Assembly: GCA_024679065.1 (NCBI GenBank)
Contig: JAGIQG010000048.1
Location: 124,001-188,000, forward strand
Source: Sphyrna mokarran
Lineage: Eukaryota
Direction: 5' to 3'
DNA: 64,000 nucleotides
Shown here: positions 47,313 to 59,600 of the stretch, piece by piece
Numbering within the stretch: the first letter of the stretch is position 1
Layout of the letters: each line of letters starts with the position of its first letter
Translations under genes and position numbers: made by a program
The notes under the pieces: model-generated
What the model was told of the DNA's origin: nothing
Seen by the model: only the letters and a program-made list of their open reading frames with translations
The model's database searches: none

Positions 47313-50300
47313 GATGGCCATTCCACTGCCCAAGGCAATGCGTCCTTCAAATATCTCACTGAACTTCTCTCCTTCCTCTCTCCGTCTCAGACTGCACATG
47401 AATTAAGTAACTTCTCTCCCCGTCAACCTTCATTAACTCAATCACAAGGTGCCCAGGAGAGGGATACAGCTACTCGTTAAAAACCAATCTTTATTTATTA
47501 ATTTTGCTTAATTGTTTTATTTTGCTCCTTGGGACTGAGAAGGATGAAGCACAAAAATCTCATCAGTAGAAAATTCCATGTTGGAAACAGACCAGTTCAC
47601 CCACTTAACCCCTCTCCTCGAATTCCCTCACACAACACCCGAACGGATTTTCTATTTTAAAAACACCTCGGCGGAAAAAAAAATGTTTTAAATTTCCCTC
47701 TTGTGTCTCAGTGATAGTGTTCCCTTCAATTAAACACAAATATGATCATTTTACTTGCTACATTAAAATGGGAATGGAGGTGAATATAATGCTGAGACCG
47801 ACAGCAATATCTGTGTGGTTGTTCTTGACGTTTTCAGAGTGAGTTCACCCTCACAGGCAGGAAGACTGTTCACGGTGATAACATCAAACTGGGCCCGGTT
47901 GGTTCATTCTCCTGTTTCTTGCTGTCGCTTCCAAACCGCACATCTCGCTTCTGAGCAGAAAATAAACCCAGGGACCACAATCTGGTGAGAACATCTGTCA
48001 GTGCAGCCTATATCTGTCCACAGAGTCACACAGGTCACACTGCGATGACATTTACAAATGGGTCTGATGTGATCTGTTCAGAGTTTCCAGAACTGAATGG
48101 GCAGTGGATCAGTCACTGAGCTCTCCCAGATTCCATGTAGGAAGGGAATGATAGCTGTTATCTTGTATTTGTTGATCATTTTCTCCCCATCTATTTTCTT
48201 TTTGTTTCTCAGTTTTTATATCTATCAGCACTCTTTTTCCCTCCTAACCCTCCCGCTGTCCCTGTCTATCTCCTTGTCAAGCTTTTGAACACTTTTATTA
48301 GTCTTCAAAATCATGAGGTTGGGAGAGGGGTGATTAAAGAGAGAACAACTCCAAGGACGGTCGGTAAACAATGGGCAAAAAATAAAATATTTTATTTTAC
48401 CGAACAGGGAGGCAGAATTTTAATTTTTCACCTTGACCCAAGAGTTGGCATGAACAGGAATAAAGAGCTTGGAAGGCGGATGGAATCAGATTTCACAGTA
48501 ACTTATCCTTCATGGAGTTAAAATGTGAAGGATTTTCGAGAATAGGTCCATTTTAATGGTTCTTATCTATCATTGCCCTGGCAACGTGTCTGTGTCTCCC
48601 CTGTCCTTCATTGAGACTGAATAAAATGCAGTATTTATACAATTGTATAATTCTTCTGTTANNNNNNNNNNNNNNNNNNNNNNNNNNNNNNNNNNNNNNN
48701 NNNNNNNNNNNNNNNNNNNNNNNNNNNNNNNNNNNNNNNNNNNNNNNNNNNNNNNNNNNNNNNNNNNNNNNNNNNNNNNNNNNNNNNNNNNNNNNNNNNN
48801 NNNNNNNNNNNNNNNNNNNNNNNNNGAGGCGGTTGGGGTGGGGAGTGGACTATTCTGAATTCCCAATTATCCAATTCTATTTATAAACCATCACTTTGAA
48901 CGAATTAGCACTGGATCGAACTGGTTTAGGAAAATCACATTACTCTTAACGTTTATTACACTGTTCTTTTTTCCCTCTGATGATATTCTCCAACTTAGTC
49001 CTTTCAATCCTCACGTGTCTGAATTCTATCTGTAAATGTGGAACTGTTTGTAATAATGAAAATTTCTTTTCCTCTGAAAGATTCACTATTGTTACCCCAG
49101 GGAACAGAACTTTATGGATTCTGCCATGTCTGTTCCCCCTCCTTGGGAATAACAGGCTCTTAGTCAGGTGGAGTCAATCATAGGATTTCCAATCCCTGTT
49201 TGCTCCACAGATCCCTGCGTCCCTCATCATGACAAAGAAACCTTCCCCAAAGCCCTAGAAACGATTGTTTCTTTATATCAGATTCCAGTCTGACCCCGAA
49301 TCCAGCTCTTAGTGATACAATGGAGCCGGTTATTCAAATTATAATGTTCTCATTCTCTATGATTATTTTGGACACCGTTACCCAATCCGTTGTGAATTAG
49401 AACCTGTACCTCATCTAGCTTCATTCCACACCTGCCGGTTATTATTGGACAAATTACTTTTTCTAGAATTATCACACGCACAAAAAATATTAATTTAAAT
49501 GTTCTACCACGTTCTCTCTCTTGGAAATCTCACACATTGGTTTACAGGACTCTCCCAGTCAGTTAATGTTATCATTGTGTTAGAATCTCTGTTTATATTG
49601 GATTAGATTCTGTCTCTGTAGTTAGAGATAATTTTTAATCATTTATAGGATGTGGGAAACACTGAATCTCTTGCCCTTCTCTAATTGCCCCTGAGCTGCT
49701 ATCTTGAATCGCTGCAGTCCATGTCCACCAGGCAATGTCACTGTTTATATCACACAAGGTCTGGCCAACCTCATGATACACCTGATCCTGATTGATCGTA
49801 TTACAGAGGTTGTACAACCTACACACAGTAGAAAATATTTAGGATGGTTACCATGAACTGGGGAAGGTAACGGTTAAACAGAAATATTGCTCCTTCTCTG
49901 GACAGTAGCAGATGTTTCAACTCTTTGCATCAGAAATAAGAAGTCTGAGAATTACAGATGTAATTTTGAGCTGTCGGCAATATCTCCAGGGTCCTTTTTC
50001 GCCATTCTGTTCACAAATCAGCACACAACTGAGTCGTACATCAGGAAGTTTAGTAAAACACTGAGCAGATCAATTTCCGTCATTGGAAATGTGATTTATT
50101 CATTTTCCAACAGATTTCTAGAGGCAGAGAAGTCAACGGCAGGAACAAAACAGTGGGGCATTTTGTACACAAGAGCGCACAGCAGAATGGCTGTCAATAA
50201 ATAGTTACATGTTAAATGTTGAAACACGTTTGGTGTTTTCACGCATTCGTGGAAAGCAGGGATGGGCTGAAGGTTAGCACTGGGAAAACTGAAGGGGAAT

Positions 50301-50774
50301 TGCTAAAGGAGATCATTTCACCAAAGGGGGTTATTAGAAAATAGGATATTTAAAATAAATTAGCACGGAAATGTCTCTGATATTTGTTAGACAGAGAACC
50401 ATAGAATTCCTACAGGTCAGGGAAAAAAGGCCATCTAGTCTACCGAGTTTGTATCCCACCCAGGTCCTTCTCTCCCGGTGAGCACCACACATTAACCAGG
50501 GCTAATCCACATACTGTAAGGGAAAATAACGGGCAATTTTGCATGGTCAATCCAACTAATACTATGTGTTATAATATGAACAAGGGACAGTGTTTGTGCA
50601 GTGATACAGAGACAGGGCCGAATGCACCAGGTATGGATCCAGCACCTGTACTGATATGAATGCAGACTGGATCCAGGTCAGTCATTACTGAGAGAGTGTA
50701 TACAGTATATTACTAACCAGCGTGGTGTTTTCTCATATAAACAGAGACATGCCATGCTCAGTCTTGACAAAGAC

Positions 50775-51510
50775 AATGTCTATTCAACGGTAGGAGTCTT
50801 AGCTGTGTTGTAGAGCAGAAGGATCTTGGGGTCTGGGTCCATCGGACACTTAAATCGGCCTCGCAGGTGGAGGAAGTGGTCAAGAAGGCGTACGGTGTAC
50901 TGGGTTCATTAATCAAGGAATAGAGTTTAGGAGTCAGGAGGTAATGATGCAGCTCTGTATGACTCTTGTCAGACCCCACTTAGAGTATTTTGCGCAGTTC
51001 TGGTCGCCTCTCTATAGGAAGGATGTAGAGGCTATTGAGAGAGTGCAGAGGAGATTTACAAGGGTGCTTCTGGATTGGGAGGCAGGCCTAATGAAGATAT
51101 TTTGAGGGAGCTGGGACTCTTCTCCCTGGAGAGATGTAGGTTGAGAGGCGACCTGATAGAGGTTTATAAAATGTTGAGAGGAATAGATAGGGTGGATTCT
51201 CAGAGACTATTTCCCCAAGCTGAAATGGTCAGTACGAGAGGACACAGATTTAAGGTGCAGGGAAGCAAATACAGAGGAGATGTTAGGGGTAGGTTTTTCA
51301 CTCAGAGGGTGGTGAGTGAATGGAACCGACTGCCGTCGGAGGTTGTTGAGGCAAACTCACTGGGGTCTTTTAAAGACTTCTGGATGAGTATATGGAAAAG
51401 AATAGGATAGGGGGTTATAGATAGGTCTTTGGATTGGTAGATGTGATCGGCGCAACTCGTGGGCCGAAGGGCCTGTTTGTGCTGTATTGTTCTATGTTCT
51501 ATGTTCTATT
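50775..51510 (+). mobile_element. CR1/HER1 LINE 3' fragment
   Basis: [23 protein letters not shown]; (GTTCTAT)n tail. Confidence 0.92.
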
Positions 51511-52349
51511 CTAATATATGCAGAGAGAATGTGCTCTGTAATTTAAACTGAGACTGGTTCCAGCGCTATCAGGAAATAGGGACATGATCCAGTGTGATAT
51601 AAACAGAGATGTGGCTGAGTGGAATAAAAAGTGAGGGAATGCAGAGTAAAGCAATAATTGAGAAAGGATGATGGGTAAAATGAACAGAGATATGGTTTGG
51701 TGCATGAATAAAGGAGAGAGCATCCAGTGCAATAAAAACTATCACCGAATGTAATTTTGTCTGATTCTGGCCATTGTATAATATAAACGGAGACAAATCC
51801 GATGCAGTAATTCCAAACCAAACCTCTAGATTGATATAAGCTTTGACAGGAGCAATTGCAGCAATAAATAAATCATGAAATAGAATACTAATTAGAGACA
51901 GGATATTATTCGGTATAAACAGGGAGGTGCAGCAGTGATTGAGATATTGTCAATGTTCCTTTATACCCGGCAGGTTCCAGCAATGTAATAACTGAGACTG
52001 AGCCTCATGTGATACAAACAGTAACATGTCCTGGTGTTTTATCAGGAGGGAGAGGGTCCAGTGAAGTAACAGCGCAGATATAGAGTTTCATGGCCTTAGA
52101 CAAGAATTAATCCCGTTCTGTTATAACAGCCAGACTGAACGGTGTAATGTCAAATGAGGCTTGTTGCAATATAGTAACAACTGGGATTTTGCTCAGCACA
52201 GAATCAACTGAGAATTATTGCCATTTAATCTGAAATATGATTTCCTGTCATATAAACTGGGTCAGGTTTAAGATGGCCAAAGACTGAGTCTATTATAGAA
52301 ATAACCGGGATGATCATCCGTATCGTTTGTGTTAAAAAGCACTGATTCA

Positions 52350-52363
52350 CTGCCATCTCCTGG
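52350..52363 (-). promoter_or_regulatory. candidate CTCF site
   Basis: CCAGGAGATGGCAG on the minus strand, one mismatch to CCASYAGRKGGCRS. Confidence 0.4.
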
Positions 52364-53959
52364 ACTAGCTTTGCTATTGTTGGTGTGGGGAAATGCTGAT
52401 TTCAGTCTCTGTTTCTTATTCTGTCCTGGGCTGTATACCCAGCTGGTAAAGGCCACCATATATTAGCAATCGCTAATACACTGAATTTACTGGTTTTCTA
52501 GAACATCATAGAAAGCAGGTAATCGCCACGCACTTGTGCGCCTGGAGTCACTTCTGGGCCAAACTGGGGAATGATGGAAAGTTTCCTTTCCTGCTGGGCA
52601 TTAGAGAATCTGATACATTTCTTGTCAAGGCCGCAATTATGGAAATGGCCTTTAAATTCAAAATTGCAATCTTAAAACTTTTTACGGTTGGATTCGAATA
52701 TATATCTTGAGAGATTTGCCTACCCTCGGAATTACTCTCACAGAGATATTGTCACTCTGCCACTGTCTCCCTTTTAATATTGATAAAGTATTTACAGCAG
52801 TGAAGAAGGCCATTTTGAAGCGTCATGTGTGTGTTGACTCTATAAAGGATCAATTCATCCAATAACAATCTGAAGCCCACAGTCCAGCATTTTGTTCATT
52901 TTCAGACAATTCTCCAATCCCATTTTGAAACCATTCATTGATGCTGCCTGTACCACACTCTCAAACAGCACATCCCAGACCTGGATCACTCACTGTCTGA
53001 AGATGTTCTTTGTGATGTCTCTATGCTCCTTTCACCAATTTACTTCAACCCGCGCCCTGTGTGTCAAGATCCTTCTGTCATTAAACAGTTTCCCTCGATC
53101 GACTCTGTCAAGACCCCTCGGGAGTTTGAATGCCTCATCAAAGTCACAACAGCAACTTCCCGTCAAGGAAATTAGTCCGAACCTCTCCAAAATACATTCC
53201 TCACTGAAGTTTCTGATCTCTGGAATTACTCTGGTATTTTGCTCCTGCATCCAGTCTCCTAATGTTCAATTCTGCCTTAGGTTCGGGCAGTTAGTGTCTG
53301 TTTGAACACAATCTTTCCTCATGCCTTGAAGTGAAGATTCTGAGCAAATTCATTTCTCATTTCTGGCGGATTATTGGGAATCAGACAAGGTTAAGCACGA
53401 CAGTTGAAATGGTCCTTCACTGCAGCTCATTCTGTTTGTGACTCGATGTGATCTCTGTTTAATTCCACAGTTCAGGATGAATTGATTCAGTGAAGGAACA
53501 GGCTCAAGACTACTCTTGGCCTTTCTCAGCTCCTTCGCTGCGTATGTCACTGAGGGTCTAGTGATCAGGATCGGCACCGTGACACTGTTTCCATTCCCAG
53601 TCACGGAGTGGATAAGCTATTTGTTCAATTCTTCATTTAGTGAAAAACAAAACGCCTCACAGCATCTGTGAAGGGAGCAACATCGAAACCTTCCGGCTGG
53701 ATGAACTTGCAACGGGAGCTGGAAAAGTCAGAGATGTAACACCAAAAATAAAGTCGGAACACTCACATGGGACACACACAACATATATGTCAGATACACC
53801 CACAGCACACATGTCAAATCATGTCACTTTCAAGTTGTGTCTTTTAACTTCCTGCTCTCCACCTCAGACATTCCCACATTCATCAAAAATCTCCAACCTC
53901 AATCCTGTTCTACAACCCACTGATAACACTACACATACAGGAGTCAGCTTGTAGCATTT

Positions 53960-54032
53960 GGCTCCATAGCTCAGTGGTTAGAGCACTGGTCTTGTAAACC
54001 AGGGGTCGTGAGTTCAATTCTCACTGGAGCCT
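53960..54032 (+). tRNA. tRNA-Thr(TGT)
   Basis: GGCTCCATAGCTCAGTGGTTAGAGCACTGGTCTTGTAAACCAGGGGTCGTGAGTTCAATTCTCACTGGAGCCT; acceptor, anticodon and T stems pair fully. Confidence 0.95.
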
Positions 54033-54726
54033 CTGGGCAAAATTTAGCTGATATCAACTGTGGGGAAAAGGCAGGACACAAAACAGCGTTTCCTCCACAA
54101 CCAAAGGAGATCATAACCAATCCCAAGAGTCAACATCAATTTCCAAATGTATCCCGATGACCTTTAGATTCCAGAAATATCTCCCTCTGCACCTTCAACA
54201 TTAACTGAGGATTTACAGATTTCTGACTAAGGGTCATCGAGACTTGAAACTGCTGTCTCTATTTTCTCTCCACGGATGCTTCCAGACCTGCTGAGATGTT
54301 CCAGCATTCTCTGTTTTTGTTTCAGATTCCAGCATCTGCAGTATTTTGCTTTCACCGCCACCAGTTACATTCTGTTTGATTTCTTTTTCTCTCTATCACA
54401 ACTTTGCCAACTCTTATCCACAGCTCCCACCCTCACCCCCAATGTCTCCCACACTTAAAGTGTAAATCTCGTCCTCTTTTCCCGCCTTGATGACTAGCTG
54501 TACAAATTTGAAATGTTGCTTCTATTCTCTCCGCAGAGATGCCGTCATGAGATTTTCCAGCATTTTAAGTTATTAAGTTCCAGCATCTGCAGTAACTTGC
54601 TGTGGGCTGAAGCACTCATTCCTGGTTCTATCTAAACATGAGGGTCTTTTCCCCCAACAAACCTTTTCTTGCGAACTTGAAAAACTCTGCAATCTATCAA
54701 TCAGATTAAGGCTCTTGCTTGTAGCT

Positions 54727-54798
54727 TCCCTGGTGGTCTAGTGGTCAGGATTTGGCGCTTTCACCACCGCGGCCCGGGTTCGATTCCCGGTCAGGGAA
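54727..54798 (+). tRNA. tRNA-Glu(TTC), anticodon stem weakened
   Basis: TCCCTGGTGGTCTAGTGGTCAGGATTTGGCGCTTTCACCACCGCGGCCCGGGTTCGATTCCCGGTCAGGGAA; anticodon stem has U-G and C-A. Confidence 0.88.
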
Positions 54799-55234
54799 TG
54801 TAAGCTTTATTGCTGCCGACCAGCAGAAGAGTTAGGAGGGGCTGAAATAATTTCCTGATGGAAAACAGGAGTGATTATTGTGTCAGTTTGAACTACCTGG
54901 AGAAACAAAAATAAATCCATTGGCCCAATCCCGGCAATTTCTATTTCCATTCCCCTTGCTGCTTCCTCCTGTTAAAATGAATAATAATACATTCTACTCC
55001 ACTACATTTCACCACATTCAAAGATCATTCGTAGCCTCTGCCTCTTCTATAGCTTCTTGTGGGAAATCTGCTGAACAACATTAGTTTTTCCCAGCCCTGC
55101 TCTGATATCTGAGATTTGTATCTCATTAATCATCTTTATGGTCCCTATTGCTTCATCCCAGGTCACTGACACTACAGATATAGTCACACAGTCATTCTAT
55201 CGTCAGTAGCTAATAATACACTCTGCCTTTGAAT

Positions 55235-55845
55235 ATAGAACATAGAACACTACAGCACAAACAGGCCCTTTGGCCCACAAGTTGTGCCGATCATACCCAT
55301 ACCTAGCAGGCCATAGAACTATCTGTAAATCCCAATCCCATTAAATCCCATGTACTCATCCAGAAGTCTCTTAAAAGACCCCAGTGAGTTCGCCTCCACC
55401 ACCACTGATGGCAACCGATTCCATTCACTCACCGCCCTCTGAGTGAAAAACTTACGCCTAACATCTCCTCTGTACTTACCCCTAAGCACCTTAAACCTGT
55501 GTCCTCTCGTAGCGACGTTTCAGCCCTGGGAAATAGCCTTGGAGAATCCACTCTATCTATTCCTCTCAACATCTTATAAACCTCTATCAGGTCGCCTCTC
55601 AACCTACGTCTCTCCAGGGAGAAGAGTCCCAGCTCCCTCAACCTATCTTCATAAGGCATGCCTCCCAATCCAGGCAACATCCTTGTAAATCTCCTCTGCA
55701 CCCTTTCAATAGCTTCCACGTCCTTCCTGTAGTGAGGCGACCAGAACTGCGCACAGTACTCCAAGTGTGGTCTGACAAGGGTCTTATAAAGTTGTAGCAT
55801 TACCTCCTGACTCCTGAGCTCAATCCCTCTATTAATGAAGGCTAA
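55235..55845 (-). mobile_element. CR1/HER1 LINE 3' fragment
   Basis: LYKTLVRPHLEYCAQFWSPHYRKD..RLRGDLIEVYK. Confidence 0.92.
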
Positions 55846-56055
55846 ATCTGTACTTTGCTTCTGAATTCACAAAGGAATAGCCCATCATTCAAACAGGAAG
55901 GAAGTGAGAAAATATGGAATGATGGACTTCTGAGCCTAGTGTTGGTTGCAGGGAAGTTACTCGAGTTTATTATCAAGGAGCTCAGCATTTGGAAAGCAGT
56001 GACATAATCTGACAAAGCCGACATAGATTTACAAAAGGGGAATCATGCTTGACAA

Positions 56056-56513
56056 CAACAAAGAATAAAGAACAAAACAGCACGGGAAACAGGTCCTTTG
56101 GCCCAACGAGCCTGCGCCGCCACCCCGATGTTCCCACTTCTACCCGTGATCCCTGTCCATGTTTATAGATCTATGCATTGGAACCAAATTTGAGAGAATT
56201 TAGGGAGAATTTGTTTTGCCAATCAGCCTAAGAGCACATCTTTGGGATGTGGGAATAAACCGGAGCACCCGGAGAAAACCCACACAAGCACAGGGAGAAT
56301 GTGCAAACTCCCACAGACACAGGGCCAAATCCATGTATCTGCACAGCACAGCGATAGTCACTGAGCTGTCGTGTTGCCCATCAAATGGTCCAGGTCAAGC
56401 GTACAGTAACGACGTGAAGCACTAGGATACTCTCGAAAAAAAAATCCAAGAGCAGCCCTCTCACGACCCATCGCGTGTATGTCCCTCGTTAGACAACAAG
56501 GTGGACCAAAGTA
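56056..56513 (-). mobile_element. 5'-extended V-SINE derivative inserted into an older CR1
   Basis: Flanked by the 8-bp direct repeat CTTGACAA (56048-56055, 56514-56521); the CR1 sequence GGGGAATCATGCTTGACAA..ACCTACTGG resumes across it. Confidence 0.85.
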
Positions 56514-56607
56514 CTTGACAAACCTACTGGGATTCTTTGATGATGTAAGTCGTAGAGTTGACCAGGGAGAACTGATGGACATTGTTTAGATTTTCAGTTG
56601 GTTTTGT

Positions 56608-59600
56608 GATTAGCCCTGGTTAATGTGTGGGGCTACGGGAGAGAAGAGACTGGTGGGATCACAAAACTCGTAGGTACTAGTGGCCTTTTTTTCCTGACCT
56701 GTAAGGAATTCTATGGTCTTGTCTGACAAATATCAGAGGACATTTCGGGCTAATTATTTAAATATCCTATTTCTAATGAACACACTTTGGTGAAATGATC
56801 TCCTTTAGCCATTACCCCTTCAGTTTTCCCAGTGCTAACCTTCAGCCAATTCCTGCCTTCCATGAATGCGTGAAAACACCAAACAGTTCATGTGTTTCAA
56901 CATTTAACATGTAACTATTTATTAACAGCCATTCTGCTGTGCGCTCTTGTGTACAAAATGCCCCACTGTTTTGTTCCCGCCGTTGACTTCTCTGCCTCTA
57001 GAAATCTGTTGGAAAATGAATAAATCACATTTCCAATGACGGAAATTGATCTGCTCAGTGTTTTACTAAACTTCCTGATGTACGACTCAGTTGTGTGCTG
57101 ATTTGTGAACACAATGGCGAAAAGGGACCCTGGAGATATTGCCGACAGCACAAAATTACATCTGTAATTCTCAGACTTCTTATTTCTGTAGATGCAAAGA
57201 GTTGAAACATCTGCTACTCTCCAGAGAAGGAGCAATATTTCTGTTTAACCGTTACCTTCCCCAGTTCCATGGTAACCATCCTAAATATTTTCTACTGTGT
57301 GTAGGTTGTACAATCTCTGTAATACGATCAATCAGGATCAGGTGTATCATGAGGTTGGCCAGACCTTGTGTGATATAAACAGTGACATTGCCTCGTGGAC
57401 ATGGACCGCAGCGATTCAAGATAGCAGCTCAGGGGCAATTAGAGAAGGGCAAGAGATTCAGTGCTACCCACATCCTATAAATGATTAAAAATTATTTCTA
57501 ACTACAGAGACAGAATCTAATCCAATATAAACAGAGATTCTAACACAACGATAACATTAACTGACTGGGAGAGTCCTGTAAACCAGTGTGTGAGATTTCC
57601 AAGAGAGAGAACGTGGTAGAACATTTAAATTAATATTTTTTGTGCGTGTGATAATTCTAGAAAAAGTAATTTGTCCAATAATAACCGGCAGGTGTGGAAT
57701 GAAGCAAGATGAGGTACAGGTTCTAATTCACAACGGATTGGGTAAGGTGTCCAAAATAATCATAGAGAATGAGAACATTATAATTTGAATAACCGGCTCC
57801 ATTGTATCACTAAGAGCTGGATTCGGGGTCAGACTGGGATCTGATATAAAGAAACAATCGTTTCTAGGGCTTTGGGGAAGGTTTCTTTGTCATGATGAGG
57901 GACGCAGGGATCTGTGTAGCAAACAGGGATTGGAAATCCTATGATTGACTCCACCTGACTAAGAGCCTGTTATTCCCAAGGAGGGGGAACAGACATGGCA
58001 GAATCCATAAAGTTCTGTTCCCTGGGGTAACAATAGTGAATCTTTCAGAGGAAAAGAAATTTTCATTATTACAAACAGTTCCACATTTACAGATAGAATT
58101 CAGACACGTGAGGATTGAAAGGACTAAGTTGGAGAATATCATCAGAGGGAAAAAAGAACAGTGTAATAAACGTTAAGAGTAATGTGATTTTCCTAAACCA
58201 GTTCAATCCAGTGCTAATTCGTTCAAAGTGATGGTTTATAAATAGAATTGGATAATTGGGAATTCAGAATAGTCCACTCCCCACCCCAACCGCCTCNNNN
58301 NNNNNNNNNNNNNNNNNNNNNNNNNNNNNNNNNNNNNNNNNNNNNNNNNNNNNNNNNNNNNNNNNNNNNNNNNNNNNNNNNNNNNNNNNNNNNNNNNNNN
58401 NNNNNNNNNNNNNNNNNNNNNNNNNNNNNNNNNNNNNNNNNNNNNNNNNNNNNNNNNNNNNNNTAAGTAACAGAAGAATTATACAATTGTATAAATACTG
58501 CATTTTATTCAGTCTCAATGAAGGACAGGGGAGACACAGACACGTTGCCAGGGCAATGATAGATAAGAACCATTAAAATGGACCTATTCTCAAAAATCCT
58601 TCACATTTTAACTCCATGAAGGATAAGTTACTGTGAAATCTGATTCCATCCGCCTTCCAAGCTCTTTATTCCTGTTCATGCCAACTCTTGGGTCAAGGTG
58701 AAAAATTAAAATTCTGTCTCCCTGTTCGGTAAAATAAAATACTTTATTTTTTGCCCATTGTTTACCGACCGTCCTTGGAGTTGTTCTCTCTTTAATCACC
58801 CCTCTCCCAACCTCATGATTTTGAAGACTAATAAAAGTGTTCAAAAGCTTGACAAGGAGATAGACAGGGACAGCGGGAGGGTTAGGAGGGAAAAAGAGTG
58901 CTGATAGATATAAAAACTGAGAAACAAAAAGAAAATAGATGGGGAGAAAATGATCAACAAATACAAGATAACAGCTATCATTCCCTTCCTACATGGAATC
59001 TGGGAGAGCTCAGTGACTGATCCACTGCCCATTCAGTTCTGGAAACTCTGAACAGATCACATCAGACCCATTTGTAAATGTCACCGCAGTGTGACCTGTG
59101 TGACTCTGTGGACAGATATAGGCTGCACTGACAGATGTTCTCACCAGATTGTGGTCCCTGGGTTTATTTTCTGCTCAGAAGCGAGATGTGCGGTTTGGAA
59201 GCGGCAGCAAGAAACAGGAGAATGAACCAACCGGGCCCAGTTTGACGTTATCACCGTGAACAGTCTTCCTGCCTGTGAGGGTGAACTCACTCTGAAAACA
59301 TCAAGAACAACCACACAGATATTGCTGTCGGTCTCAGCATTATATTCACCTCCATTCCCATTTTAATGTAGCAAGTAAAATGATCATATTTGTGTTTAAT
59401 TGAAGGGAACACTATCACTGAGACACAAGAGGGAAATTTAAAACATTTTCTATGGATTAAAAACCAAATTTGAGACAATTTAGGGAGAATTTGTTTTGCC
59501 AATTAGCCTAAGAGCACATCTTTGGGATGTGGGAGGAAACCGGAGCACCCGGAGAAAACCCACGCAAGCACGGGGAGAATGCGCAAACTCCCACAGACAC

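Larger units (their letters stand above)
42598..50507 (+). repeat. large inverted duplication, left arm (may begin further left)
   Basis: Near-identical reverse complement of 56608-64000; mirrored ORF pairs such as 48980..49183(+) and 57939..58142(-) are identical. Confidence 0.95.

Noticed and set aside
48662-48825. 164-N run possibly hiding an snRNA-sized gene
   Set aside because: The mirror run differs in length (167 N plus TAAG) and other N runs sit in simple repeats; content cannot be read
49887-50204. 105-aa ORF present in both palindrome arms
   Set aside because: Conservation is explained by recent duplication; non-ATG start and no recognisable domain
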